Part shown: in pieces, positions 9,387-20,572 of the stretch | How positions within the stretch are numbered: the stretch's first letter is position 1 | Layout: each line of letters starts with the position of its first letter | From: a candidate division WOR-1 bacterium RIFOXYB2_FULL_42_35 | Lineage (GTDB): Bacteria > Margulisbacteria > WOR-1 > O2-12-FULL-45-9 | Length of the DNA stretch: 64,000 nucleotides | Assembly: GCA_001771545.1 (NCBI GenBank) | Contig: MEUC01000029.1 | Span: forward strand, 1,445-65,444 | Direction: 5' to 3' | Translations under genes and position numbers: made by a program | The notes under the pieces: model-generated | What the model saw: the letters and a program-made list of their open reading frames with translations, nothing else | Database searches by the model: none | Told to the model about the DNA's origin: nothing

Positions 9387-10485
9387 CATTGTCGATTGGT
9401 AATCGATCCGCAGCCAAAGCCAATAGCTTACACACTTTAATAACCGGATTAAGCGGCTCCATCAAGATTTGCCTAATTTCTTCCGCTCTTAAGGTTAAAC
9501 CATCCGAACAAAGCAAAAAAGCATCTCCAGGAGTAGCTTCTACTGTTGTTGGTTTAACAAAACCTTGTTCGAGCTCCTGACCACAAATCGACCTTGTTAA
9601 TCCAGAAAAAGAGCGTATGGTGTTCCTAATAATCTGTTGTAGCAAAGCGATTTCATGTCCTCTAATATAGGCTTCCTGCAAATCATGTAGCGCATTAATT
9701 ACCTCACAGCCATAAGGCGGGTTTTCCTTTAATTTCAGTAAATTAGAAAGCAATGAATCAAGTCCTATGTTTTTTATGGCCGCCACGATCCCTCCTCCAG
9801 TGTTGACCAAACCTTCAACTAGACAATTATCTGGCCTTGTTAATAAAAAGAGTTTCCCTTGATGCAACCAATAAATTGGGCTGTCTCCCACGGAAAAGGC
9901 CTGGGCATGATCACCCACCAGGCTTAAGGCAGACAAGGTTGTTCTTGCTCCTCGATCAACCCTTAGCCGGGTTTGGGCTACATTGAGCACCAAATCAGTG
10001 CCATAAAAAGCTTGATCAAGCGGTTGATTTAAAGAGACCTGAAGACCAATATTGTTAATTGCTAACCAAGAGGCAGCTGCCCCATCTTTATGCCCCCCCA
10101 TGCCATCAGCTACCACGTAAATCCCTTGAGCCGGAAAAAAAGCAAAAGAATCCTCTTGCCCTTTTCTTCTACCACCAACATCACTCATACCCACAACACC
10201 ACAATCAACATAACAGCTAACTAGACCGCTGTCTGGAGCCAGGATCATGGGAAAATCTGGTCTCAAACTTTTTTCATCAGGCAACATGGCAGCCAGCAAA
10301 AGCAATTGTTGCTGTGCTGCAATAACCTCAGTAGAAGCTGTTGTCACCTCAACGTGTTTAAGGGAAAATTGCCGATCTAACAGTTGCCTAGCAGCTTGAC
10401 GAGTTGTCATTTGCTGCATTTGCTGCCGCACCTTTTCAGGCGGCAAGCCATAATTAATTCTTTTAAAATCAAATCCTTCTACCAT
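9358..10485 (-). CDS. PP2C-family Ser/Thr protein phosphatase with an ~80-aa N-terminal extension.
   Basis: Contains RRKGQEDSF…VVADGMGGHKDGAAAS…, the PP2C metal-binding motifs. Confidence 0.8.
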   Translation of the reverse strand: MVEGFDFKRINYGLPPEKVRQQMQQMTTRQAARQLLDRQFSLKHVEVTTASTEVIAAQQQLLLLAAMLPDEKSLRPDFPMILAPDSGLVSCYVDCGVVGMSDVGGRRKGQEDSFAFFPAQGIYVVADGMGGHKDGAAASWLAINNIGLQVSLNQPLDQAFYGTDLVLNVAQTRLRVDRGARTTLSALSLVGDHAQAFSVGDSPIYWLHQGKLFLLTRPDNCLVEGLVNTGGGIVAAIKNIGLDSLLSNLLKLKENPPYGCEVINALHDLQEAYIRGHEIALLQQIIRNTIRSFSGLTRSICGQELEQGFVKPTTVEATPGDAFLLCSDGLTLRAEEIRQILMEPLNPVIKVCKLLALAADRLPIDNVTAILVEVR

Positions 10486-10557
10486 AGTTCACCCTATATT
10501 ATATCGACAGAATTTGGTTTAGATTTCAATGAATATTTAATCTGTTATAATAAGTTT

Positions 10558-11403
10558 ATGAGTTTACTCGGAGCCCACATGTCTATTGCCGGTGGAGTTG
10601 ATAAAGCCATTGAACGCGGCAATTCAATTGGCTGCCAGACCATCCAGATCTTCGTAAAAAATAACAACCAATGGTTTGCCAAACCTCTCCCCGAAGCAGA
10701 GATCAAACGCTTTAAAAAGCTAAAAGAAGAGACTGGGATATTAGTCTTTGCTCATACCGGCTACTTAATAAACTTAGCTTCACCAAAAGAAAATGTTTAC
10801 ACCAACTCAATGCGTTCAATGCTTGAGGAATTAGAACGTTCAGAGAAACTTGGCCTCCCATTTCTCGTCCTTCATCCCGGCTCATCACTTGATACCACCA
10901 AAGAAGAAGGAATTAAAAAGATCGCTAAAAGCATTAACGAACTCTTTCAGAAAACTGCCGGGGACAAGACAAAGATAGCCTTAGAGACTACGGCTGGGGC
11001 GGGATCAAGTATTGGGAGTAGATTCTCTGAAATTGGAGCGATCATCAAGCTAGTCAAAGACAAAAAAAGAATCGGGGTTTGTTTTGACACCTGCCATTCT
11101 TTTTCGGCTGGCTATGATATCAAATCACCGGAGGGCTATAAAAAGACTTGGGACGAATTTGATCAGGAGATAGGACTAAAATATCTCCTCGCCTTTCACT
11201 TCAATGATAGCAAAAAAGAGTTTGGTTCTCATAAAGATAGACATGAGCACATCGGCCAGGGAACCTTAGGACTTGAACCTTTTAGAATGATCTTAAATGA
11301 TCAAAGATTTGAAGATATACCATTGTGTCTGGAAACTCCTAAAGATGTGGATATGAAAGAAGATCTAGACAACCTTGCAACCCTTAAGAGCTTAATAATA
11401 TAA
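10558..11403 (+). CDS. nfo: Endonuclease IV (AP endonuclease, Nfo).
   Basis: [13 protein letters not shown]…HPGS…CFDTCH… aligns with the Nfo TIM-barrel. The start was moved to the ATG at 10558, which is in frame within the longer ORF. Confidence 0.85.
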   Translation: MSLLGAHMSIAGGVDKAIERGNSIGCQTIQIFVKNNNQWFAKPLPEAEIKRFKKLKEETGILVFAHTGYLINLASPKENVYTNSMRSMLEELERSEKLGLPFLVLHPGSSLDTTKEEGIKKIAKSINELFQKTAGDKTKIALETTAGAGSSIGSRFSEIGAIIKLVKDKKRIGVCFDTCHSFSAGYDIKSPEGYKKTWDEFDQEIGLKYLLAFHFNDSKKEFGSHKDRHEHIGQGTLGLEPFRMILNDQRFEDIPLCLETPKDVDMKEDLDNLATLKSLII

Positions 11404-11410
11404 TAACAAT

Positions 11411-12091
11411 ATGAACAAACACTACGAAGAGCTCGGTTTCGCCAAAGTTGATCACCACCGCATTAAACGCAAAGGTTTTCCTGAAGTCATTTATGGGCAA
11501 GGGAAAACTCCAGAGCAAATTACCAAGATCGCCCAAAGCTTAACCAAAAAGAAACAAAACGTCTTAGTAACTCGGACAGATAAAAAGGCCTTCGAAGCTG
11601 TTAAGAAAGCTCTGCCTAAAGCAAAGTTTTATGAGACTGCAAGGATTATTACGGTAAAAAGACTGCCAGACCGCCAGACTTCCAGACTGCCAGACCGCCA
11701 GACTATTAGCATTATAAGTGCGGGAACCGCAGATCTGCCAGTCACCGAAGAAGCCGCTGTTACCGCTGAGTTTCTTGGACTCAAAGTTAAGAGGTTTTAC
11801 GATGTTGGCGTGGCTGGCATTCATCGTTTGATCAATAACATCAAAGAAATTAGAAAAGCTAAAGTCATAATTGTCGTTGCCGGCATGGAAGGAGCCCTCC
11901 CCTCTGTTGTTGGCGGCTTGGTTGATAAACCAATTATTGCTGTGCCAACCTCTGTTGGCTATGGGGCAAGCTTTAAGGGAGTATCTGCACTTTTAACAAT
12001 GATGAATAGCTGTGTCCCTGGAATTGCGGTCGTGAACATTGATAATGGCTTTGGTGCTGCTGTTATGGCTTATAGTATAATAAAAGTATGA
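11411..12091 (+). CDS. larB: Nickel-pincer cofactor biosynthesis protein LarB (PurE-like carboxylase/hydrolase).
   Basis: PurE-like core …[42 protein letters not shown]… in the LarB architecture. It is adjacent to larC. Confidence 0.75.
   Translation: MNKHYEELGFAKVDHHRIKRKGFPEVIYGQGKTPEQITKIAQSLTKKKQNVLVTRTDKKAFEAVKKALPKAKFYETARIITVKRLPDRQTSRLPDRQTISIISAGTADLPVTEEAAVTAEFLGLKVKRFYDVGVAGIHRLINNIKEIRKAKVIIVVAGMEGALPSVVGGLVDKPIIAVPTSVGYGASFKGVSALLTMMNSCVPGIAVVNIDNGFGAAVMAYSIIKV
11661..11704 (+). repeat. Tandem duplication of a 20-bp unit, with a 4-bp spacer and a 24-bp period, inside larB. It encodes [16 protein letters not shown].
   Basis: gactgccagaccgccagact occurs twice in direct succession. 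Confidence 0.8.
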
Positions 12092-13152
12092 AAACCCTCT
12101 ATTTTGACTGCTCCTCCGGTATCGCCGGCAATATGATCCTTGGAGCACTACTTGATCTAGGAGTAGCTGAAAACTATCTGCGCAAAGAACTCAAAAAGAT
12201 TCCCCTACCACCCTACAAGTTAATCATTCAAAAAGTTGAACGAAATAAGATTAAGGCAACTTTTGTTGATGTTGAACTATCTGGCCATCATCATGATCAT
12301 CACCACTATAACCTCAAGAATATTATAAAAATCATCGACAAAAGTAAATTAGCTAAAGATATTAAGAAAAAAGCCAAGCAGATTTATAAAAGATTAATTC
12401 AAGCTGAAGCTGCGGTGCATAAAAAGCCTCTGCACAGCGTTCATCTCCACGAAGTTGGGGCCACAGATGCCATGATCGATATTATTGGCACACTGATCTG
12501 CCTAAAGAAGTTGGGCATAGAAAAACTCTATTCGTCCCCGATAAATGTCGGATCCGGAACAGTTAAGCACGCCCATGGAATCCTCCCCGTTCCTGCTCCT
12601 GCAACCGCAGAGCTGCTAAAAGGGATCCCTTTTTATGGCTTAAAAGTTGGCAAAGAGCTGGCCACGCCAACGGGCGTTGTGCTCATAACTTCTTTAGCAA
12701 AGGGCTTTGGCGAAATCCCTCGTTTGATCTTTGAAAAAGCTGGCAATGGCGCCGGCGGACATGTTATCCCCAAACTCCCTAATATTTTAAGAGTGATTAT
12801 GGCCTCTAACGTTACCCATACCGATACCGACACCATTCTCCAAATAGAGACTAATATTGATGATATGAATCCTAAACTCTATGATCAAGCTATTGCCAAA
12901 TTAATGGGAGCAGGCGCACTTGATGCTTCTATCCAGCCAATTCGCATGAAGAAAAAAAGAAATGCTTTCAAGTTAGAGGTTTTATGCCAAACAAATGATA
13001 AGGCTAAGATTCTAGAAACTTTATTCACTGTTACTACCACAATTGGCACCAGAGTTTATCTGGTTAAAAGAGAAAAGCTAAAAAGACAAATCAAAAACGG
13101 ACACAAGGTCAGCTATCTGGGAGAAAAAATTGTCAGGAGCAAAAAAGAATAA
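12088..13152 (+). CDS. larC: Nickel insertion protein LarC (pyridinium-3,5-bisthiocarboxylic acid mononucleotide nickel chelatase, DUF111).
   Basis: N-terminus [25 protein letters not shown] and a His-rich stretch HHHDHHH. Overlaps the larB stop by 4 nt. Confidence 0.75.
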   Translation: MKTLYFDCSSGIAGNMILGALLDLGVAENYLRKELKKIPLPPYKLIIQKVERNKIKATFVDVELSGHHHDHHHYNLKNIIKIIDKSKLAKDIKKKAKQIYKRLIQAEAAVHKKPLHSVHLHEVGATDAMIDIIGTLICLKKLGIEKLYSSPINVGSGTVKHAHGILPVPAPATAELLKGIPFYGLKVGKELATPTGVVLITSLAKGFGEIPRLIFEKAGNGAGGHVIPKLPNILRVIMASNVTHTDTDTILQIETNIDDMNPKLYDQAIAKLMGAGALDASIQPIRMKKKRNAFKLEVLCQTNDKAKILETLFTVTTTIGTRVYLVKREKLKRQIKNGHKVSYLGEKIVRSKKE

Positions 13153-13153
13153 T

Positions 13154-13921
13154 ATGTTCATCGACACCCATGCCCATTTAACCTTCCCAGAGTTTAATGA
13201 TGATTTACCACAAGTCATTCAACGAGCCAAAGAAGCTAAGCTTGAAGCAATCGTTAACATTGCCCTTGATGAAGAAGCAATTAAACAATCACTTAAGATC
13301 TCCGAACAATATCCTAGTTATGTTTTTATGGCCGCTGGCTGTCATCCACACGAAGCCAAAGATTGGACCATAGAATACGAAACCCTTTTAAGACAACTGG
13401 CTCAAGATAAAAAAATCGTTGCTTTGGGAGAAATGGGACTGGACTATCACTATAATCTTTCACCCAAAGAACAACAACAAGAAGTCTTTCGGCAATCGCT
13501 GCGCTTAGCTCAAGAACTAGACTTGCCAGCTATTATTCACTCTCGCGAAGCATCAAGAGACACCATGCTAATTATTCATGAGGAAAATAAAGGCAATTTA
13601 AAAGGAGTTCTGCATTGTTTTGGTAGTGAGATGGTTTTAGCAAAGGAAGCTTTGGATCTTGGTTTGATGATCTCTTTCACAGGTACTGTTACTTTCAAAA
13701 AAGCTCAGCCTGTTAGAGATGTTGTTCGAGAAATCCCCTTAGAGAGTTTAATGATTGAAACAGACTGCCCCTTCTTAGCTCCGCAAGCCTTTCGCGGCCA
13801 AAGAAACGAGCCAGCTTATGTGGTTGAGGTGGCGAAACAGATTGCAGAAGTTAAAGATTTAACTTTAGAAGAAGTTGCTGAAACAACCACGCAGAATGCA
13901 AAAGATTTTTTTAATATCTAG
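13154..13921 (+). CDS. tatD: TatD-family metal-dependent DNase/hydrolase.
   Basis: MFIDTHAHL…GEMGLDYHY…HSRE…ETDCPFLAP motifs. Confidence 0.85.
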   Translation: MFIDTHAHLTFPEFNDDLPQVIQRAKEAKLEAIVNIALDEEAIKQSLKISEQYPSYVFMAAGCHPHEAKDWTIEYETLLRQLAQDKKIVALGEMGLDYHYNLSPKEQQQEVFRQSLRLAQELDLPAIIHSREASRDTMLIIHEENKGNLKGVLHCFGSEMVLAKEALDLGLMISFTGTVTFKKAQPVRDVVREIPLESLMIETDCPFLAPQAFRGQRNEPAYVVEVAKQIAEVKDLTLEEVAETTTQNAKDFFNI

Positions 13922-14475
13922 AAGGCTTCTATCTCTTTTAACCCTGGATTAACCTTATCCTTATCGGAAACAAGTACTTCTTTAACTTGATCTAACGGCC
14001 AAGCAATTCCCAATCCTGGATCATTCCATAATAAAGCCCGTTCATCTTTGGGACTGTATAAGCCTGTGCATTTATAATAGACATAAGTGTCATCTTCTAA
14101 ACAAAGAAAACCGTGAGCAATCCCGGGAGGAAAGTAAAACATTTTCTTGTTTTCACCAGAAAGTATTCTCCCCACCCATTGACCAAAAGTTGCTGACCCC
14201 TTGCGCACATCCACCCCAACGTCAAAGATCCTGCCTGTAACACAACGAACCAACTTTCCCATTGGGTTAGGATTAATTTGGTAATGCAGTCCGCGCACAG
14301 TTCCCTTTTCAGACTTGCTTTCATTATCCTGAATAAAGTTAACCTCAAGCCCATTCTTTTTAAAATCAGCCTGATTATGGGCTTCCATAAAATAACCGCG
14401 AGGATCGCGAAAGGGATCAATGGTAATCTCTAACACGCCAGGGATATTGGTTTTCTCGAACTTAAATCGTCCCAT
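13918..14475 (-). CDS. rfbC: dTDP-4-dehydrorhamnose 3,5-epimerase.
   Basis: Cupin-fold RmlC motifs …DPRGYFMEA…VRGLHYQ…. Confidence 0.85.
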   Translation of the reverse strand: MGRFKFEKTNIPGVLEITIDPFRDPRGYFMEAHNQADFKKNGLEVNFIQDNESKSEKGTVRGLHYQINPNPMGKLVRCVTGRIFDVGVDVRKGSATFGQWVGRILSGENKKMFYFPPGIAHGFLCLEDDTYVYYKCTGLYSPKDERALLWNDPGLGIAWPLDQVKEVLVSDKDKVNPGLKEIEAF

Positions 14476-14534
14476 CTAATTATCCTCCTACTCAAACCTT
14501 ACACCTTCAACATAACACAGTGCCTGACTAAGGG

Positions 14535-15248
14535 TCAACTTCCCTTATACCCTGTCAACCGAATCAGCCAAGTCACCATGGTTTGAAAAAAGTTGCTGAT
14601 CAACAGCAAGCCAACCATAACCAAGAAAAACCCACAAACCCGATGAATAATCCCCAAATATTGCTGAATCTTCTTTAAGAGGGAAAGCGAATAGTTAACT
14701 GCCAAAGAAAACAGAAAAAGTGGCATACCCAAACCTAAACAAAAAGCACTCAACATTAAAACACCCTGCCCCACCGTCTCCGTCTGACTAGCTAAAATCA
14801 AAATCCCACCCAGGATCGGGCCAATACAGGGAGACCAACCTAATGCAAAAACAATGCCGACCAGGAAAGAACCAAAATAACCGGCTGGCTTGGTGGCTAA
14901 AGATACTTTACGTTCAATATCTAAGAATTGAAACCTAATAACTCCCAAAAGATAAAGGCCAAGCACAACAATTAAACCGCCGCCAAGAATACGCAAAATA
15001 TCTCGATACGCATCCAGCCAAGTTGTAAATAGACTGGCAGTTATCCCCAGAAAAACAAACACGATACTGAAGCCTAGAATAAAAGATATTGAGTGAAGGA
15101 TTGTCTTTGAACGAACATTGTCGAGGTCTTCAAAAGATAAACCCGTAATGTAGATGAGATACGCTGGAACTAATGGTAAAAAACAAGGAGAAAAAAAAGC
15201 CAAGAGGCCAGCCACAAAGGCTATGACAATATTGATAGACTGGCTCAT
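14535..15248 (-). CDS. ccdA: Cytochrome c-type biogenesis / thiol-disulfide transporter CcdA (DsbD transmembrane-domain family).
   Basis: Polytopic membrane protein with FFSPCFLPLVPAY and a second Cys motif WSPCIGPILG. Confidence 0.8.
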   Translation of the reverse strand: MSQSINIVIAFVAGLLAFFSPCFLPLVPAYLIYITGLSFEDLDNVRSKTILHSISFILGFSIVFVFLGITASLFTTWLDAYRDILRILGGGLIVVLGLYLLGVIRFQFLDIERKVSLATKPAGYFGSFLVGIVFALGWSPCIGPILGGILILASQTETVGQGVLMLSAFCLGLGMPLFLFSLAVNYSLSLLKKIQQYLGIIHRVCGFFLVMVGLLLISNFFQTMVTWLIRLTGYKGS

Positions 15249-15748
15249 TTCACTAAACGTTTAATATCCTCCAGCTTCCACTCCCTTGCCCCAACAATTT
15301 TCGTAATTATTTTGCCGTCTTTGTCAATCAGGAAGGTTGTGGGAATTCCACGAATGCGATACTTCCCCGCAATTTCTCCATTTAGATCCAACAAAATAGG
15401 AAAAGTATAATTATTTTGCTTAGCAAATGTATTAACAGTTACTTTGTCTTGATTAACATTAACCGCTAACATCACAAACTTGTCGCGATCCCAGGTTTCA
15501 TAAAGTTTTTGCATTGAGGGCATCTCTGATCGACAAGGGGGACACCAGGTGGCCCAAAAATTAAGCAAGACAACCTTGCCTTCATATTTTAACAAAGCAT
15601 GCGACACCCCATTTAGATCTTCAAGGATAAAATTGCTTGCGTTAGGAGTAGGTTCTTTTGGAGCCGCACTCATGGCCAAAACAGATGTCATCAAAAGGAG
15701 AAGACCAATTAAGAAGCTTACAGTTTTACGATACATTTTGTTGGACAT
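15245..15748 (-). CDS. Periplasmic thioredoxin-like thiol:disulfide oxidoreductase (TlpA/ResA family).
   Basis: Signal peptide plus FWATWCPPCRSEMP. Confidence 0.8.
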   Translation of the reverse strand: MSNKMYRKTVSFLIGLLLLMTSVLAMSAAPKEPTPNASNFILEDLNGVSHALLKYEGKVVLLNFWATWCPPCRSEMPSMQKLYETWDRDKFVMLAVNVNQDKVTVNTFAKQNNYTFPILLDLNGEIAGKYRIRGIPTTFLIDKDGKIITKIVGAREWKLEDIKRLVK

Positions 15749-16512
15749 TTTGCCTGGCCTGGTTCTGCCACAGCATCTCCTTTATCATAATTTACCTTGG
15801 CCAGAAAATCTTTCACCGTGTAACCTTCGGGCGCAACTTTAACACAAATCATACAGCCAATACAACCGACCTTGCAAACCTTACGAACCTGTGCCCCCTT
15901 ATCATGGGAATTACAATTTACTACTATACGATTAGCACAAGAGACCAAATCAATAATCTTTCTAGGACAAGCCTGGACACAAAGCCCACAAGCCGTACAT
16001 TTTAATTCATCAACTTTAGGCAACCCCTCTTCATCAATGCGTATTGCGCCAAAAGGACAAACTGTGACACAATCACCATAACCCAAACAACCAAAGGTAC
16101 AGGCTTTAGCTCCACCAACCACTAATTGAGCCGCTGTACAGGTTTTAATGCCATGATAATCGGCTCGCTGCCCGGCTAAAGATTTGCCACCGCCACATTT
16201 AATCACTGCCCTTTTTCTAATTTCCGCGCCAACTGAAATGCCCAGAATTTCGGCAATTTTTTCATCACTAGCACTCCCCCCAGGCGGACAACGCAACCCA
16301 TCCAAATCGCCCTTAGCCACAATTGCTTCTGCTAAAGCATGACAACCAGGATGACCACAGGCACCACAATTAAGACCGGGCAAAGCTTCATAAACTTCTT
16401 CGACACGGGGATCTTCTTTGACCTTTAATTTTTCTGAAGCAATGGCTAGCACTGAAGCAAAGAATAAGCCCAAACCACCCATTGTTAATAAACCAACTAT
16501 TATTGAATTCAT
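15718..16512 (-). CDS. rnfB: Rnf electron-transport complex subunit B (polyferredoxin).
   Basis: N-terminal membrane anchor, CGACGHPGC, and several CxxCxxCxxxCP clusters. Confidence 0.85.
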   Translation of the reverse strand: MNSIIVGLLTMGGLGLFFASVLAIASEKLKVKEDPRVEEVYEALPGLNCGACGHPGCHALAEAIVAKGDLDGLRCPPGGSASDEKIAEILGISVGAEIRKRAVIKCGGGKSLAGQRADYHGIKTCTAAQLVVGGAKACTFGCLGYGDCVTVCPFGAIRIDEEGLPKVDELKCTACGLCVQACPRKIIDLVSCANRIVVNCNSHDKGAQVRKVCKVGCIGCMICVKVAPEGYTVKDFLAKVNYDKGDAVAEPGQAKCPTKCIVKL

Positions 16513-17087
16513 CCTGAAATTAACCCCGCAAAGCCCATAAAGGCTAAGGCCAGTAAACCAGCAATAATTAAAGTGATTGGCGCCCCTTTAAACGGTTCTG
16601 GAATTGGCGCTAAATCCAACTCTTCACGAATGCCAGCCATAATACAAAGTGCAATAGTAAAACCAACCCCGGCCGCAAAACCAAAAGTTAAACTTTGCAA
16701 GAAATTATATTCTCTTAAAGCTGACAACAAAGCCAAGCCTAATATTGCGCAGTTAGTTGTAATCAAAGGTAAAAAGATTCCCAGTGAACGATAGAGGGTT
16801 GGCGAACTCTTCCTGATAAACATTTCTACAAATTGAACCAGCGAAGCTATTACTATAATAAAAGCCACATATTGCAAAAACGGTAGGTTAAAAGGAATCA
16901 GAATCCAATTATTGATTATCCAGGTTGCCATGGCAGCTAAAACCATCACAAAGGTTGAAGCCACTCCCATACTAAAGGCCTTTTCCAGTCTATTGGACAC
17001 ACCCAAGAAAGGACAAATTCCTAAGAAGTAACTTAAAACAAAGTTATTAACAATTGCCGCAGAAATAAATATTAGCAATAGATCCAT
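16509..17087 (-). CDS. rnfA: Rnf complex subunit A.
   Basis: Integral membrane protein with [18 protein letters not shown]…. Confidence 0.85.
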   Translation of the reverse strand: MDLLLIFISAAIVNNFVLSYFLGICPFLGVSNRLEKAFSMGVASTFVMVLAAMATWIINNWILIPFNLPFLQYVAFIIVIASLVQFVEMFIRKSSPTLYRSLGIFLPLITTNCAILGLALLSALREYNFLQSLTFGFAAGVGFTIALCIMAGIREELDLAPIPEPFKGAPITLIIAGLLALAFMGFAGLISG

Positions 17088-17707
17088 TATTTAACCTCAC
17101 AGGCTGCGTGAACTTCTGGTTTATTAGCTTTTTGCTTAAGAAAGTTAATCAAGCCTATCAGCAAACCCAACGTAATAAATGCGCCACCTGGTAAAATCAT
17201 TACTACCCACGGCTCGAAAGTTAAAAAACCAAAAATTGTGCCTGAGCCCAAAATCTCACGAATCGTACCCAGCATTGTTAAAGCCAAAGTAAACCCCAAC
17301 CCCATTCCTAAAGCATCGGCAAAGGAAAGCAAAGGGTTATTTTTGGCGGCAAAAGCCTCTGCTCGACCCAAAATAACACAGTTAACAACAATCAAAGGGA
17401 TAAACGGCCCTAGGGCTTTGGAGACGGCTGGGAAATTACCTTTTAAAAACAGATCCGCCACAGTTACAAAAGCTGCAATGATAACAATATAAGAGGCGAT
17501 ACGAACTTGATTGGGAATCAGCTTGCGAATAAAAGAGATAATAGTGCTTGAACAGATTAACACAAAAGAGGTGGCCATACCCATGGAAAAACCATTGATA
17601 ACCGAGGTTGTCACTGCTAAGGTTGGACACATGCCCAGGAGCTGCCTAAAAGTAGGCGATTCGTTCCAAAGCCCCTTGGTAAATTCGTAAAATAAGTTTT
17701 TTTTCAT
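17087..17707 (-). CDS. rnfE: Rnf complex subunit E.
   Basis: …[24 protein letters not shown]…. Confidence 0.85.
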   Translation of the reverse strand: MKKNLFYEFTKGLWNESPTFRQLLGMCPTLAVTTSVINGFSMGMATSFVLICSSTIISFIRKLIPNQVRIASYIVIIAAFVTVADLFLKGNFPAVSKALGPFIPLIVVNCVILGRAEAFAAKNNPLLSFADALGMGLGFTLALTMLGTIREILGSGTIFGFLTFEPWVVMILPGGAFITLGLLIGLINFLKQKANKPEVHAACEVK

Positions 17708-18255
17708 TATTTAAGCTCCAACAACTTTTCCACAGTTTTGTTGATAATATTGACTACAGCCCGGGAAGAAATTGTCGCCCCGGTAATTGCTTCAATCTGA
17801 TTATCTTTTTCCGGCTTCATATTTTTAACATATTCGATCGGCGGTTTTGTGGCTAACTGTTTAAATTGGCTCTCAAAATCTTGAGTAGCAATTTTAGCTC
17901 CCAAACCAGGCGTTTCTAATTGTTCCAAAACTGTCATGCCTGTAAATCGAGAGAAATCAGCATTAACACCTACTAACAATTTAATCACCCCTTGATAACC
18001 ATTGCCCTGGCAGAGAATTGCTGTGCCAATCTTTTCGCCATTGTCAGCAAAACAATCAAAATAAGCCAAATCACCACTAATGATTTTTTTATAACTTTTT
18101 GTTTCTGGCAAAACCTTAAAGATCGCCGCTTTGGTCTCTGCTTCTTGGTTAGCAATAATCTTCGGTAACGATAAATTATAGACCAAAGCTAAAATGCCAC
18201 CGGAGATCAAACCAATAACTGTCAAAACAACAATCATTCGTACTAGTTTATTCAT
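17707..18255 (-). CDS. rnfG: Rnf complex subunit G (FMN-binding).
   Basis: …ITGATISSRAVVN… FMN-attachment motif. Confidence 0.8.
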   Translation of the reverse strand: MNKLVRMIVVLTVIGLISGGILALVYNLSLPKIIANQEAETKAAIFKVLPETKSYKKIISGDLAYFDCFADNGEKIGTAILCQGNGYQGVIKLLVGVNADFSRFTGMTVLEQLETPGLGAKIATQDFESQFKQLATKPPIEYVKNMKPEKDNQIEAITGATISSRAVVNIINKTVEKLLELK

Positions 18256-19196
18256 TTTTTCTGCCCCAAAATCCTTGGACGTGTATACCTATTAATCAAC
18301 GGCACCACAGCATTCATGATTAGGATTGAGTACATCACCCCTTCCGGCAAACCGGAAAACAACCTGATAATCACCACTAACAACCCTGCCCCAACCCCAA
18401 AGATCCACAAGCCTTTTTTAGTTATCGGAGAAGTAACCAAGTCGGTCAACATAAACCAGGCACCTAACATCAAACCACCGGCGAGTAATTGAAAAATTGG
18501 GCTTGGAAATTGAGCCGGATTTACCAACCAAAAAACTCCACCAAAAACAGCGACCGTTCCTAAATAACTAACAGGGATCTGCCAGTTAATAACTTTCTTC
18601 CAAAGTAGATAGATCCCACCTAATAATAATAGTAGGGCTGATGTTTCACCGATACAACCGCCAACATTACCAAAAAGCAGACTAAGAGAGGACGTTGATT
18701 GTTGTGAAAACTTCATTGCGGCCAAAGGGGTTGCAGAAGAGATCGCCTCAACACCTCTGTAGGCAAAGGGCATTACCCAAGTCGTCATATGAACAGGAAA
18801 GGCTGCCGCCAAAAAAGCCCGACCAACCAAAGCCGGGTTAAAAATATTGTAACCCAAACCGCCAAAAAGCTGTTTGCCTATTACAATGGCAAAGATTGAG
18901 CCAATAATTGCGAAAATAACAGGAAAAGATGGCGGTAAACACAAAGCCAAAAGTAACCCGGTAATCGCTGCTCCCCCACCATTGACAGGAACAGTACTTT
19001 TCATCAGTTTGAGACAAACTATTTCCGTGATAACAGCCGTCAGGGTACAAACAATAATTAAAGCTAAAGCCTGGAGCCCAAAGAAGATCACTCCAGCAAT
19101 TGTGGCCGGCAGCAAAGCCAGCATAACTGCCTTCATTAAATCTGGCACAGTTCTTTGCTCCCTTATATGCGGAGCATGACTAATTAAATAACTCAT
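18252..19196 (-). CDS. rnfD: Rnf complex subunit D.
   Basis: Polytopic NqrB/RnfD-like membrane protein, placed between rnfC and rnfG. Confidence 0.8.
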   Translation of the reverse strand: MSYLISHAPHIREQRTVPDLMKAVMLALLPATIAGVIFFGLQALALIIVCTLTAVITEIVCLKLMKSTVPVNGGGAAITGLLLALCLPPSFPVIFAIIGSIFAIVIGKQLFGGLGYNIFNPALVGRAFLAAAFPVHMTTWVMPFAYRGVEAISSATPLAAMKFSQQSTSSLSLLFGNVGGCIGETSALLLLLGGIYLLWKKVINWQIPVSYLGTVAVFGGVFWLVNPAQFPSPIFQLLAGGLMLGAWFMLTDLVTSPITKKGLWIFGVGAGLLVVIIRLFSGLPEGVMYSILIMNAVVPLINRYTRPRILGQKK

Positions 19197-20548
19197 TTCA
19201 TCTGCCTCAGCTTTAGCTTGGCGAGTTTAACCCAATGGACAATAGGAATTTTGGCTGGACAAACGTAGGTGCAGCAGCCGCATTCAATACAATCCTGGCC
19301 ACCCCACTCTTCAAATTCGCTATAGTTAGCATTATTAGCATAAGCCGCTAAACGCGTGGGCAAAAGAGACATGGGACAGTGATCAACACAACGGCCGCAT
19401 TTAACACAAGGAAAAATTTGGTCTTCCTTAACTTCGCTCTTAGACAAAACAAGGATACAGCTAGTTGCTTTAACAACCGGAACTTCCAGCGAGAGTTGTG
19501 GCGCCCCCATCATTGGACCACCCATTACTATTTTATAAGCATCAGCGGTTAAACCCCCACACTGCTCAACAATATCTTTAAATGATGTGCCAATCCTAAC
19601 CAAAAGATTTTTGGGCTCTTTGATGCCGGAACCGGTAATTGTTACCACCCGCTTGATCAGAGATTTACCGTCACGTACAGCTTCGGTAATTGCCACAGCG
19701 GTACCAACATTAACAACCACCACCCCAACATCAAGGGGTAAACCACGAGAAGGAACTTCGCGATTTAAGACCGCCTTAATCAACATTTTTTCGCCGCCCT
19801 GAGGATACTTGGTTTCCAAGGTTACAACTTCGATACCATCAGGCAGGTTTGTAAAATGTCTTTTACGTATCTCTGTTTTCAATTGCAAAACAGCATCATG
19901 CTTATTATCTTCAACGCCAACAAGGACTCGGGTTGCTCCGGTTGCTTTGGCAACAAGCTCTGCCCCAACCAGTAAATCAGCAGTTCTCTCTAACATTATT
20001 CTATGATCAGCTGTAATGTATGGTTCACACTCACAACCATTAACTAAAATGGTATCAATTTTTTTATCTTTAGGTGGGCTTAACTTCACATGAGCAGGAA
20101 AAGCTGCTCCCCCAAGGCCAACTATGCCCGCTTCTTTAACTATTTGCCGAATTTCTTCTGGGCTCAAACCATCAACCGTTTTGTTCTTTTTCTCTTCCCC
20201 TGCACTACTATCTCGCTGCACTACAGTACTACTATTACTCCCCTCTATCACCACAGACAGAACTTCAACCCCACACGGATGCAACATTTTTTCAATTTTA
20301 GTCACTTTACCGGAAATTGAAGCGTGGACAGCGGCAGAAATAAATTTAGCAGAATCACCTATCTTTTGGCCCTCAACAACTTCGTCACCAACCTTTACTA
20401 AAGGTTCACAAGTTGCTCCGGTATGTTGATGAAGGGGAATAATAACATTGTGTGGATACACGGCTTCCTCAATCGACAAATTAACTGTTTTCTTATTGTA
20501 AGGGGGATGTATCCCTTGTGCAAAAGTCTTTAATTTCATAGCAAACAA
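19193..20548 (-). CDS. rnfC: Rnf complex subunit C (NADH-binding, 2×[4Fe-4S]).
   Basis: …CVKCGRCVDHCP… and CIECGCCTYVCPAKIP. First gene of the operon. Confidence 0.85.
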   Translation of the reverse strand: MFAMKLKTFAQGIHPPYNKKTVNLSIEEAVYPHNVIIPLHQHTGATCEPLVKVGDEVVEGQKIGDSAKFISAAVHASISGKVTKIEKMLHPCGVEVLSVVIEGSNSSTVVQRDSSAGEEKKNKTVDGLSPEEIRQIVKEAGIVGLGGAAFPAHVKLSPPKDKKIDTILVNGCECEPYITADHRIMLERTADLLVGAELVAKATGATRVLVGVEDNKHDAVLQLKTEIRKRHFTNLPDGIEVVTLETKYPQGGEKMLIKAVLNREVPSRGLPLDVGVVVVNVGTAVAITEAVRDGKSLIKRVVTITGSGIKEPKNLLVRIGTSFKDIVEQCGGLTADAYKIVMGGPMMGAPQLSLEVPVVKATSCILVLSKSEVKEDQIFPCVKCGRCVDHCPMSLLPTRLAAYANNANYSEFEEWGGQDCIECGCCTYVCPAKIPIVHWVKLAKLKLRQMK

Positions 20549-20572
20549 AACCGAGTCATTATAACATAATAT

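Noticed and set aside
19587-20429. Several plus-strand ORFs inside rnfC
   Set aside because: They are antisense to a strongly supported Rnf gene. Their T/P/S-rich translations are typical antisense artefacts.
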